Virus record (IMG/VR): IMGVR_UViG_3300031576_000061
Coordinates: 1 to 52,062 of that record
DNA: 52,062 nucleotides
Origin: a virus
Taxonomy: Duplodnaviria > Caudoviricetes
Direction: 5' to 3' (one strand)
Part shown: positions 8,711-17,424 of the stretch, one piece after another
Position numbering within the stretch: position 1 is the first letter of the stretch
Layout: each line of letters starts with the position of its first letter
Notes under the pieces: generated by a model
What the model was told of the DNA's origin: nothing
Databases searched by the model: none
The model's input: the letters and a program-made list of their open reading frames with translations, nothing else
Program-made: the position numbers and the translations under genes

Positions 8711-9625
8711 ATGCCAACACCAATGTCAGCAGGTTCGATGGTAGACCTGATTGATAAGCGCGTCACGAAGATTTTCCATGACGAGCTGAGTCAGCTACCC
8801 GATCGAGTCGGTGAGTTCTACGGCATGCAATCCTCCAAGGACAGCTTCGAGAAGTGGTCCGAGGTTGGTGCGCTGCCAGATTTCAGTCAGTTCAACGGAA
8901 CCGTGGTTTACAACTCCCAGAGCCAAGGGTACGATACAATCGTGACCCACTTGGAGTGGGTGAACGGGTTCCAAATCAACCGTGACCTGTACGACGACGA
9001 CCGGCATGGGTTGTGGAGCCAGCGTCCCGCTGCGCTCGCCAACGCTTACAACCGGACCCGCCAGGCGCACGGTGCGCGTCTGTTCAACAACGCCTTCGCC
9101 TTGGACACGTTATTCTACGTGAACAGCGAAGCAGTGTCCCTGTGTAACGACTCGCATACCACAACTAGTGGTGCGAGTACGGCATCGGGATTCGATAACC
9201 GTGTCACGTCCAGCTTAACCGCCGTCGCCGTCGGTTCACTGCGCACGACCATGCGCGGGTTTCGTGGCGACCAAGCCGAGCGGTTCGACTGCATGCCGAG
9301 CAAGATCGTCGTGCCGATTGATCTCGCCGATCGTCTCGATGAGATCATCAAGTCGGACAAGCAGCCGGACAGCGCAAACAACAACATGAACCCCCAGTAT
9401 GGTCGCTTCAGTGGGACCGATTGGGAGTACCTCACCGACACGAACAACTGGTTCATGCTTGATGAGCGGAACATGAAGAAGTTCAACGTCTGGTTCGACC
9501 GTATTCCGCTAGAGTTTGGTCGGGCGGAAGAGTTCGATACCTTCGTTGCCAAGTGGCGTGCGTACTGTCGGTACGCGAACGCCTGGTTCAACTGGCGCTT
9601 CATCGCCGGAAGTCAGGTGAGCTAA
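8711..9625 (+). CDS. Major capsid protein (HK97 fold, Mu gpT-like)
   Basis: 304 aa; SSKDSFEK, DDRHG, PSKIVVP, WEYLTDTNNWF and NWRFIAGS patterns; position after scaffold. Confidence 0.87.
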   Translation: MPTPMSAGSMVDLIDKRVTKIFHDELSQLPDRVGEFYGMQSSKDSFEKWSEVGALPDFSQFNGTVVYNSQSQGYDTIVTHLEWVNGFQINRDLYDDDRHGLWSQRPAALANAYNRTRQAHGARLFNNAFALDTLFYVNSEAVSLCNDSHTTTSGASTASGFDNRVTSSLTAVAVGSLRTTMRGFRGDQAERFDCMPSKIVVPIDLADRLDEIIKSDKQPDSANNNMNPQYGRFSGTDWEYLTDTNNWFMLDERNMKKFNVWFDRIPLEFGRAEEFDTFVAKWRAYCRYANAWFNWRFIAGSQVS

Positions 9626-9626
9626 C

Positions 9627-9767
9627 ATGCCAGCCGCGTTCACGAGAGCAGTTAAGCGCGGCGCTCGTGTCCGCACGAAGGTCCTGTCAGGAGGGCGGTA
9701 TATTCATATCGCCTTCCTGGGCGGGAAATCTTATGCTGGTGAAGTGAAGAGGAAGAAAGGTAAGTAA
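9627..9767 (+). CDS. Small basic protein (46 aa, not in ORF track)
   Basis: MPAAFTRAVKRGARVRTKVLSGGRYIHIAFLGGKSYAGEVKRKKGK exactly fills the gap between neighbours. Confidence 0.7.
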   Translation: MPAAFTRAVKRGARVRTKVLSGGRYIHIAFLGGKSYAGEVKRKKGK

Positions 9768-9769
9768 TC

Positions 9770-10012
9770 ATGCCGGGTCATAGTCGATATGACGACAAGG
9801 GCAAGAGGACGTTTGGTTCGGATACACGGCAGATCGACCCCAAAACACTGGAGCCGATCGAGATGGGCCCGCTGGATAGTAGCGGAACCACACAGCCAAA
9901 GGTGGTGCCAGCTCCGCAGCCTTCGCCGCCTGGTGAGATGTCTCCAGAGGCGCAAGCCTTGGAGCGTGACTACGACCGGCGCATGCTGCTCAAGAAGCAG
10001 CAAGGTCGATAA
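9770..10012 (+). CDS. Hypothetical protein
   Basis: Tightly packed ORF with RBS. Confidence 0.6.
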   Translation: MPGHSRYDDKGKRTFGSDTRQIDPKTLEPIEMGPLDSSGTTQPKVVPAPQPSPPGEMSPEAQALERDYDRRMLLKKQQGR

Positions 10013-10112
10013 CGCCAGGGCCGATCAAGGCCTGACGGCGTCTGTTGTAGGGTGTCCAGTTCAGGGGCGCGTGAATCATGGACGAGACCCTAATCGTGCC
10101 ATAGGTACAGAT
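10012..10112 (+). ncRNA. Putative structured intergenic RNA element
   Basis: Nested complementary arms ACGCC/GGCGT, TAGGGT/ACCCTA, GTCCA/TGGAC, TTCA/TGAA, GTGCC/GGTAC. Confidence 0.4.
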
Positions 10113-10113
10113 C

Positions 10114-11079
10114 ATGGGGTACATCACACGATACGGAAGTTTCTGGGGCATGCTGCCTCAGACAAGCGGTAGAATATTTTGGGTTGCCGATGCAGCCAGC
10201 TACACGGTTGAAGGCCGAACCTATTCGGCGAGTGATAACAACGATGGGTTGTCCCCTGAGCGGGCGTTCCGAACGGTCGATTACGCCGTCGGGCAGACGA
10301 CGGCCAGTGTGGGCGACGTCATCGTTCTCCTGCCAGGGTCGCATTCCGTTTCAGCCACAATCGCAGTAGACGTGGCAGGAATTACGATTACGGGTATTCC
10401 TGGGAACGCGCCGATGGCGAAATCTCGTATGAGTTCGGGTTCTGTGCGCAATCGCTCACAGATCACCTCGACTGAAACGGCTGGGCTGATTTTCACCGTG
10501 TCAGCAGCGGATGTTGAGATCGCCTGGGTGCACCTTGCTCCGATTACAGCCGGGGCTGGGATCAGTGCCTCCAACGCAGCGGACAGACTGTATGTGCATG
10601 ACTGCACATTCAATCTTGGTTCAACGACCCAGACAGCGACGTTTGGTATCACGTTTCCCCTTGGAACGGGGACGGCAACGCATAATGATGACACCGTCAT
10701 TAGTAACTGCTACTTTCAGGCAGGGGCGAATGTCGGCCCATTCATTCGGGCTGCTGGAACATGCGATGGATTGACCATTCAAAATTCCACGTTTGAATTA
10801 ATCGGAGCCGCTGCGATGGATGATGCGATCGAATTGACACAAATCAATTTAGGGACGCATATCCGTGAATGCGACTTCTATACGCCAACCTCCGTCACGA
10901 CAGTATTTACGGACTGCATCGACACCACGGGCGCGACAACGGACGGCTCGACACAAGTCTTCCGTTGCTATTTCCCTGAAGGGTCCGATGCGTTTGAAGC
11001 GACAGCAACGCTTGATATCACTGCCGCTGAGAACTACTTGTCCACGGCGACAGGTGGCGCATTGACAGGTTCGGTGTAG
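10114..11079 (+). CDS. Right-handed parallel beta-helix virion protein (pectin-lyase-like)
   Basis: DNNDGLSPERAFRTV..A and GDVIVLLPG cap motifs; repeated VHDCTF / ISNCYF / IQNSTF / IRECDF coils. Confidence 0.75.
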   Translation: MGYITRYGSFWGMLPQTSGRIFWVADAASYTVEGRTYSASDNNDGLSPERAFRTVDYAVGQTTASVGDVIVLLPGSHSVSATIAVDVAGITITGIPGNAPMAKSRMSSGSVRNRSQITSTETAGLIFTVSAADVEIAWVHLAPITAGAGISASNAADRLYVHDCTFNLGSTTQTATFGITFPLGTGTATHNDDTVISNCYFQAGANVGPFIRAAGTCDGLTIQNSTFELIGAAAMDDAIELTQINLGTHIRECDFYTPTSVTTVFTDCIDTTGATTDGSTQVFRCYFPEGSDAFEATATLDITAAENYLSTATGGALTGSV

Positions 11080-11136
11080 TGAATTAGCCTTCGCCGGACG
11101 GGCTCAAAATGTCCGGCCCACTTACAGGGAGGGCGC

Positions 11137-12024
11137 GTGATTCACATCCCAAACACGGACTTCGCTCCGGGGACTATCGTGGTCGCTGCCGGAGTGACCC
11201 CCCGGTACTACGAATTTCAAATGTCTCTAGAAGGATTGCATGTTCCGGCAGGGACGAAGCTGCACATTGAACGTAGCTGTGACATCGCGCAGAACTTCAA
11301 CAAGGGCGTCCGTGACATGACAGGGGATTGGGTTTGGTTTTTGGGTGATGACCATTCCTTTCAGCCTAACATGTTACTCGCGCTCCTGGCGTATAAGAAA
11401 GATGTCGTGGTGCCAATCACGCCGTGCAAAATAGCTCCTTGGTTTCCTTGTATGATGCACGGACCAGCGAACCCTGAAAAAGACGGGTTTTGGCATGAAG
11501 GGATGCTCCTGTACCACTGGGATGAGGTATCGGGGACAGGCCTCATGGCCCTTCCAAAGGGTGACTTCATTGGGCAAGCGGGAATGTTAGTTCGTAAACC
11601 TGTACTTGCTCAGCTCAAAGACCCTTGGTTCAAATGCGGTCAGCTCGATCCGGGGCGGTTGCAAGAAGACATGATGTTCTGTCATGAGCTGCAGCAACTT
11701 GGTTATACAGTTTGGGTATATCAGGACGTCGTGCTGGATCATTATTTCATCATCGGCGTAACAGCCAGACGACACCAAGGGAAGTGGGTTCCTGCGCTGA
11801 AGTCGGGCGTGAATGTCATCACATTACCTGACGCGAAACCAGCCTTTGACCCGAATACAGTGATTCCGCCGGGAGCTAAACCACTCAAATGGGGGAAGTT
11901 ACCGACAGGGCCTTGGGATGGAGGGAACGATGATCGACCCACTGGGGTTCAATCTGTATTACAAGGCGAGCAGCGCGCACCTTGGCGAGGGGACGAAAGT
12001 GTGGCAGTTCGCGACGGTGAATGA
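11137..12024 (+). CDS. Glycosyltransferase, GT-A/GT2-like
   Basis: WVWFLGDDH (DxD-like), AGMLVRKPV, QEDMMFCHELQQLGYTVWV..DVVLDH. Confidence 0.85.
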   Translation: MIHIPNTDFAPGTIVVAAGVTPRYYEFQMSLEGLHVPAGTKLHIERSCDIAQNFNKGVRDMTGDWVWFLGDDHSFQPNMLLALLAYKKDVVVPITPCKIAPWFPCMMHGPANPEKDGFWHEGMLLYHWDEVSGTGLMALPKGDFIGQAGMLVRKPVLAQLKDPWFKCGQLDPGRLQEDMMFCHELQQLGYTVWVYQDVVLDHYFIIGVTARRHQGKWVPALKSGVNVITLPDAKPAFDPNTVIPPGAKPLKWGKLPTGPWDGGNDDRPTGVQSVLQGEQRAPWRGDESVAVRDGE

Positions 12025-12442
12025 TGGCGTCATTACTGGCAAGCGTTGTGTCATCGGATCAGGGACTTGGATCGGCGATCGAACCGTTATGGGCGACGAT
12101 TGCCGCATTCAGCACGGGGCCTTTATTCCGCGAGATACTCATATTGGGAGTCGTGTATTTGTTGGCCCTAACGTTGTACTTACTGACGATGCGCACCCTC
12201 AGGTCAATAACCCAGCGTATCAAGCGCAGCCGCCTGTACTCGAAGATGATTGCAACATTGGCGCAGGAGCCGTAATCCTTCCAGGAGTTCGTATTGGTGC
12301 TGGGGCCACAGTCGGCGCTGGTGCCGTAGTCACCCGTGACGTTTCGTCGGGCGTCACGGTCGCAGGTATCCCGGCGCGGGAACTAACCCATAATCTAGGG
12401 GGCAAATGCCATGAAACCGTTAGACATGAATCTCTTGCGTAA
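11930..12442 (+). CDS. Hexapeptide-repeat (LbH) sugar N/O-acetyltransferase, WbpD/WxcM-like
   Basis: LGEGTKVWQFA, VFVGPNVVLTDD, IGAGAVILPGVRIGAGATVGAGAVVTRDV...VAGIPAR. Confidence 0.9.
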   Translation: MIDPLGFNLYYKASSAHLGEGTKVWQFATVNDGVITGKRCVIGSGTWIGDRTVMGDDCRIQHGAFIPRDTHIGSRVFVGPNVVLTDDAHPQVNNPAYQAQPPVLEDDCNIGAGAVILPGVRIGAGATVGAGAVVTRDVSSGVTVAGIPARELTHNLGGKCHETVRHESLA

Positions 12443-13193
12443 GCATGAGCGGGATTCGCGACAGGACGAACTCAAGCGTGCTGAGTACCTGTTGCAACAC
12501 CCGAAAGTGGAGGACAAAGTTCAAGCACGCAAGAACGTCGATAAAGTGAAGTCCCAGCTCGACAACTTCTCCCCGGAGCCACTGACCGGCGCTGAGAAGG
12601 ATAAGCTGTATAACCTTGAGAAGCGTCTGGCTGCACGTATCAAAGAGGGCATGCCAACTGACGAGACCATGCGTAAGAACCCTGTCGGAGCTGTCCACGC
12701 GCACCGCATGTGGGAGCAGGCCAACAAGAAGCTGATTAACGTCTGGAAGAATGTCCGTATCCAGCTCAACCCTGAGAGCGACGACAAGGACCTGGCGAAC
12801 ATCGAGCGGCTCCGCAATCCAGGTCAGGTAGACCGCCTCCGCACAGACGCCCAGATCAGTGGGGTCATGTCCTATGCGGGCATCCCAGAGGAGCTGTGGC
12901 CCTTTGAGGACCCCAAGAATACCGCCCTCAAACAAGCCGAGAAGGTCGCCAAGGAAGCGAAGGATCGTATAAGTAAGTCCGTGGCTGAAGCTGAACAGAT
13001 ACTCGCCACGCGGGAACCGATTGAGCTTGAAACCGGCAAGCGCAAAAGGAAGTTGTCACCGGAACGTAGACAGGCGCTTCGTGAGCTGATGGCCGCCAAT
13101 CGTGAGAAAGGTCGCCAGAGGCGTGAAGCTGAGAAACAACAGGCGACAGGGACCCCGGCTACGCGAGTAGCGTCTGCGGTCCCAGGCGTCTAA
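12411..13193 (+). CDS. Hypothetical charged helical protein
   Basis: 260-aa ORF with RBS; basic C-terminus. Confidence 0.75.
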   Translation: MKPLDMNLLRKHERDSRQDELKRAEYLLQHPKVEDKVQARKNVDKVKSQLDNFSPEPLTGAEKDKLYNLEKRLAARIKEGMPTDETMRKNPVGAVHAHRMWEQANKKLINVWKNVRIQLNPESDDKDLANIERLRNPGQVDRLRTDAQISGVMSYAGIPEELWPFEDPKNTALKQAEKVAKEAKDRISKSVAEAEQILATREPIELETGKRKRKLSPERRQALRELMAANREKGRQRREAEKQQATGTPATRVASAVPGV

Positions 13194-13203
13194 GGAGTGA
13201 CTC

Positions 13204-14235
13204 ATGGCATTTCCATTCTTGTATGAGGAAGGGTTCGAGTTAGGGACGATCGGACAATTCGACGCGCAATCTCCTGATCCGTTTACGCGGGCTGGATTCG
13301 ATCACTACAGCACACTCGCAGGGCGACCTGATGTGAAGGTGGCCCCCTTTCGTGGAGCGTACTGTTTCCGTGTAGACCTTGCCACCAATACGACCGACCA
13401 TTACGTCCAGGAGACGGCTGCGTTCGATACGGCGGCGACGGGGCGTATTCATATACGGTTTCAGTTGTATATAAGCCCAAGCAGAGTGATGGCTGACGCC
13501 GATGAATTCGCCGTGTTTCAGCTTTGGTCTGGTGCGACGACGGTTGAAGCTGGCGTCTATGTGAACTTCACAACGGCTAGCGGTCTGCGGCTCGGCATCG
13601 GCGAAACGACAGCGACTCAGTTCCTCTCGTTGTCACCTGGCGTCTGGCATACTGTTGAAGTCAACGCCTTGATTGACTCAGGTGTACCGAACGACGGGAC
13701 CATTGACGGATTCCTCGATAACGCCGCCTTCACGCAGGTCACTGCTTTAGATCAAGGCGCGATCACGAGCGCAGTGTTTGGCGTCCTGTCACAAGACGTG
13801 GGAACCACCGCCGGAGTCGTGTTGATAGATGAAATCTTCGCCGATGACACGCGGTTATTCCCTATTGTAGAGCGTTTCCCTGAGACCATGTTCATGACTC
13901 GTAGTGGGCACTGTGCTGTCGGCGCGACCGAATTGTTGAACGTGGAGTTGATTCCTGGCACGGGCACGGATAGCGTGCTGACGCTCTATGATACCGACAA
14001 GGCGTACACTTCGGACCCCAGTAACATCATTGGGCGGCTCCATAACCTCACGGCTAGTGAGCCACCGATTGACCTTGCGGATGTGCCGGTCTGGTCGAAA
14101 CGTGGGGTGTATGTTGATCTCGCTGGGACCGCACCGCGCGCCATCGTTCACATTGGGCGCTCACAAGGGTATCGTTCAGATGGACGCATTCGCGACCACG
14201 GATCACGTCGTAAGAACCATCCCATTGCTGGATAA
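13204..14235 (+). CDS. Putative virion protein with concanavalin A/LamG-like domain
   Basis: Beta-rich; LSPGVWHTVEV ... VLIDEIFADD. Confidence 0.6.
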   Translation: MAFPFLYEEGFELGTIGQFDAQSPDPFTRAGFDHYSTLAGRPDVKVAPFRGAYCFRVDLATNTTDHYVQETAAFDTAATGRIHIRFQLYISPSRVMADADEFAVFQLWSGATTVEAGVYVNFTTASGLRLGIGETTATQFLSLSPGVWHTVEVNALIDSGVPNDGTIDGFLDNAAFTQVTALDQGAITSAVFGVLSQDVGTTAGVVLIDEIFADDTRLFPIVERFPETMFMTRSGHCAVGATELLNVELIPGTGTDSVLTLYDTDKAYTSDPSNIIGRLHNLTASEPPIDLADVPVWSKRGVYVDLAGTAPRAIVHIGRSQGYRSDGRIRDHGSRRKNHPIAG

Positions 14236-14244
14236 GGATTAGCC

Positions 14245-14751
14245 ATGAAAATCATTGCCCCACCGACTATTAGTAACCTCAAAGAATTGGCTGATCTTTT
14301 GCTGAATCCAGCGAAGTATGCCAAGTATCTTGGTGAGCTTCAGAAGTTGCTCGATGCCATTAACTCACGGTTGGAAGACTTGGATCAGTTCGAAACAATT
14401 AGCGCTTACAAAGCCAAGGCAGACGCCGATGTGGCTGTGGCACGACAAGCGCTGACCGCTGTGAAGGCGGATCGTGCGATCGCGCTTGAGGCAGCAGAGG
14501 CTATTCTTAGCCGCGCTGATGATGACGCGAAGAGGATTGTTAGCGCGGCTCATGCGCGTGTGGCGGATGAGCGCCAAGCGCTCGAAGACAGCGTGAATAA
14601 CGTAGCGCAAGTTCGTAGCCTTGAACTTGACTTGCGCGAGCAGTCCCTTGTCGCGCGCGAGCGTGATCTTGAAAAGCGCGAGAGCGAGTTGTCCGCAGCA
14701 GTCAAACAACACGAGTCGAAGGTTGCCAAACTCAAGGCAGCCGTTGCGTAA
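14245..14751 (+). CDS. Coiled-coil protein
   Basis: A/E/K/R/L heptads, LDLREQSLVARERDLEKRESEL. Confidence 0.7.
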   Translation: MKIIAPPTISNLKELADLLLNPAKYAKYLGELQKLLDAINSRLEDLDQFETISAYKAKADADVAVARQALTAVKADRAIALEAAEAILSRADDDAKRIVSAAHARVADERQALEDSVNNVAQVRSLELDLREQSLVARERDLEKRESELSAAVKQHESKVAKLKAAVA

Positions 14752-14765
14752 AGAAGAGAGGAACT

Positions 14766-15131
14766 ATGCGTAGATTGGTTGTAGCTCTGTGTCTCTGCTT
14801 ACTTGCTAGTGTCGCCTCTGCCGCACCGACACCAAAGAATTCCCAGCTCTTGTGGGATGACTACACAGACCCCGACGGGGTTGGCTATTTCTTGTACTGG
14901 GCAAAGGAAAGTGAACCTCTCCCAAGGCTCTATGATAACACGCGGCGGACGGACATCGGCGCAAACGCTTCAGAGACCATCATTACGGCATCACTAACCG
15001 CCGTCAATGTAAAGGGAAAGATGTGTTTTAAGCTAACCGCCTATGACCTTGCCAAGAATGAGAGCGACTTCTCGAACGAGGCGTGCGGTTTTTTCGGCGT
15101 AACGGGCCCAAAGGGCCTCAAGGCGGCATAG
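14766..15131 (+). CDS. Fibronectin type III-like protein with signal peptide
   Basis: Signal peptide ending ASA; LLWD..GYFLYW ... FKLTAYD...NESDFSNE. Confidence 0.75.
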   Translation: MRRLVVALCLCLLASVASAAPTPKNSQLLWDDYTDPDGVGYFLYWAKESEPLPRLYDNTRRTDIGANASETIITASLTAVNVKGKMCFKLTAYDLAKNESDFSNEACGFFGVTGPKGLKAA

Positions 15132-15141
15132 AGGAGGGCTA

Positions 15142-15399
15142 ATGGCAATTCTACCGGATCCATCACGGGCAAATGTGTGGGCAAAGTTCATGAGGACGCA
15201 AAGTGCGAAACACGCTTTGTTGTCCGGTGCCGCCGGGAGTAAACGACAGTTACGTCTAGCGGTTGATGCAGCAGATGACCGATTCGAGTTCTTCGTAAAT
15301 GGGCTCACGGTCCCCCCGGTTGCGGCTCTCTCTGATTTGTCTATCACACAACGGCTTGAGCTTATCCGTGAACTGATTACTGAACGGTTAGGAGAATAA
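15142..15399 (+). CDS. Hypothetical protein
   Basis: GAGGAGG RBS; packed ORF. Confidence 0.7.
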   Translation: MAILPDPSRANVWAKFMRTQSAKHALLSGAAGSKRQLRLAVDAADDRFEFFVNGLTVPPVAALSDLSITQRLELIRELITERLGE

Positions 15400-15400
15400 C

Positions 15401-15910
15401 ATGGCCAGCGGCGATCCAGTTGTCCAAATCCTTGAGATTATCCCGCCAGCGGCCAACTTTGCGGTACGGTCCCGGCGCGCCGGAGGTTCCACCCCCTCCG
15501 AGAACATGCCCATATGGTTGTTCGACGCAGCCACTATTGAGTACCTTGACTTCCTGTGTTTCTTGCGTGGATATGATGGCGGTGGTTTGACCTTTACTTT
15601 TGTGTGGTCCGCCGCGACGGCCACGACACTTGAGGTTGTCTGGGGGGTTGCCATTCGACGTGTGCAAGATGATTTAGAAGACATTGATGCTGCACAGACT
15701 TACGATTTCAACGACCACGCGGGAGCCACGACCGCGACATTAAGCGGTGAGTTCGCCTATGACACCGTTACGTTCACGAACGGGGCGGATATGGATTCGT
15801 GGGCTGATGGTGAAATGGCCATCGTGCGTGTGCGGCGGAATGCCTCTGCCGCTGCTGATGACATGGCGGGCGACGCGGAGTTCGGGGTGTTAGAAGGTCG
15901 AGAGACGTAG
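15401..15910 (+). CDS. Putative virion beta-sandwich protein
   Basis: Acidic, beta-rich, VRVRRNAS..DDMAGDA; within the structural arm. Confidence 0.6.
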   Translation: MASGDPVVQILEIIPPAANFAVRSRRAGGSTPSENMPIWLFDAATIEYLDFLCFLRGYDGGGLTFTFVWSAATATTLEVVWGVAIRRVQDDLEDIDAAQTYDFNDHAGATTATLSGEFAYDTVTFTNGADMDSWADGEMAIVRVRRNASAAADDMAGDAEFGVLEGRET

Positions 15911-16699
15911 ATGGCACTGAGGAAGGACGCCTCAACCGACGAGATTCTCTTTGACACGGCGGCTCCCACAGGGGATATCACTGTCATGGCGTGGGTGCGG
16001 ATTGCCGTTGATAACAATAATTTCAGCACCTTCTATTATTTGGGTGGAGATGTAGACAACCTTACGCAAGCCATCTATCTTGGCACGGGCGCGGATGGCA
16101 CCACGTTGGAACTGTGGGCCTTGACCACTATTGCGGCTCGTGGAACCGGCACAAATTTGACGGCTGGAACATGGTATCACCTGGCTTTGGTTACCAACAC
16201 CGGCGTAGCTTCGGCATTCACTGTTTATTTAAATGGGGTGAGTGATTTTACTGGGACATTAGGAGATGGCACGTTCTCTGCTCAGCGCGTGCAGCTTCTC
16301 GATGATCCAGTAGACGAATGGACAAATGGCAATATCACCGCGCTCAAAATATTCAACGCGCAGTTGACTCAAGACGAAGTGCTCAACGAAATGCGGTACA
16401 TCAGCCCGATCCGGTTAGCCAATCTCTGGCAATGGTGCCCCTTTCTCGATGCCACTGACAATGAGGACTACAGCGGGAATGGGCGGGATTACGTCTTTAC
16501 CACGATTGCCACAGAGGATGGCCCATTCATAGGGTGGGCTCCGCGCCATCCACATATTGGTTATTGGATTGCTGCTGCCGCTGCTGCCTTTGATGCTGCT
16601 TTAATGGCCGCTATGAGCCGACCGTGGAGGGATATTGTGTTTCATCAACCCAAGGTTGTGGAATCAGGAATGAAACCACCGAACCTTATTAACCCGTAA
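15911..16699 (+). CDS. LamG/concanavalin A-like domain protein
   Basis: ITVMAWVR, GTWYHLALV, VYLNG, GNITALKIFNAQLTQDEV, DYSGNGR. Confidence 0.85.
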   Translation: MALRKDASTDEILFDTAAPTGDITVMAWVRIAVDNNNFSTFYYLGGDVDNLTQAIYLGTGADGTTLELWALTTIAARGTGTNLTAGTWYHLALVTNTGVASAFTVYLNGVSDFTGTLGDGTFSAQRVQLLDDPVDEWTNGNITALKIFNAQLTQDEVLNEMRYISPIRLANLWQWCPFLDATDNEDYSGNGRDYVFTTIATEDGPFIGWAPRHPHIGYWIAAAAAAFDAALMAAMSRPWRDIVFHQPKVVESGMKPPNLINP

Positions 16700-16708
16700 A
16701 GGAGTCCC

Positions 16709-17164
16709 ATGGGAAGCTATCAAGGCGGTCATCAAACAGCGGCTGGTACAAACCTGACTATTCTCGCACTTGAGTCAGCGGCAGCCGTGCGCGGTCGAGT
16801 TCATCAACTTGTTATCGGTTCAGACGCCACGCCTGCTGACGTTGCGACAGAATTCGCGGCCTTACGACACACAGCGGCTGGCGCTGTTGGAACGGCTGTC
16901 ACAGAAAAGCCTACAGCAGAAAGCATGTTCTCTGCAGCGGGCTGTAATCTCCGTGGTGGCACTATGACGGAGCCCACGTATGAAGCGGTCGCCACCGAAG
17001 CTTTGCTTCAGTTTGCGCTTAATCAGCGTGCAACCTTCACTTGGATTGCTAATCCTGGGCGTGAGCTTATAACTACAGCGGGTACCGCGAATGGCATCGG
17101 TGTGCGGTCTATCGCCTCGGGCGGTACGCCAAACATCAACCTTACGCTGGCTTGGGACGAATAA
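16709..17164 (+). CDS. Putative small virion beta-sandwich protein
   Basis: A/G/T-rich, ends in ...LAWDE; AAGGAG RBS. Confidence 0.6.
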   Translation: MGSYQGGHQTAAGTNLTILALESAAAVRGRVHQLVIGSDATPADVATEFAALRHTAAGAVGTAVTEKPTAESMFSAAGCNLRGGTMTEPTYEAVATEALLQFALNQRATFTWIANPGRELITTAGTANGIGVRSIASGGTPNINLTLAWDE

Positions 17165-17165
17165 T

Positions 17166-17420
17166 ATGCGTATGGGCCGTTCGGCTGGCTATATTTGTAT
17201 TGTCGAACCTGACAAACCGGCTTGGGAACGTGACTCACTTCAATGTGTGCACTGTAACGCTCATTGGTGGGTCGCTCCTGGGAGTGGAATGCAACGAGGC
17301 TGGTGTATGAACTGTAATGGCCCCCACTGTGGGCGGAAGAATTGCTGGACCTGTCGTCCATTTTTGAAACGCCTAGAACTGTGGGAAAAGCGGCAGCAAC
17401 TTCTCCAACGGGTAGGATAA
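17166..17420 (+). CDS. Cys-rich Zn-binding protein
   Basis: CVHC...WCMNCNGPHC...C..C. Confidence 0.7.
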   Translation: MRMGRSAGYICIVEPDKPAWERDSLQCVHCNAHWWVAPGSGMQRGWCMNCNGPHCGRKNCWTCRPFLKRLELWEKRQQLLQRVG

Positions 17421-17424
17421 AAAT

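Noticed and set aside
11094-11118. GCCGGAC/GTCCGGC hairpin as an intrinsic terminator
   Set aside because: No U-tract follows, so a terminator call is unsupported.
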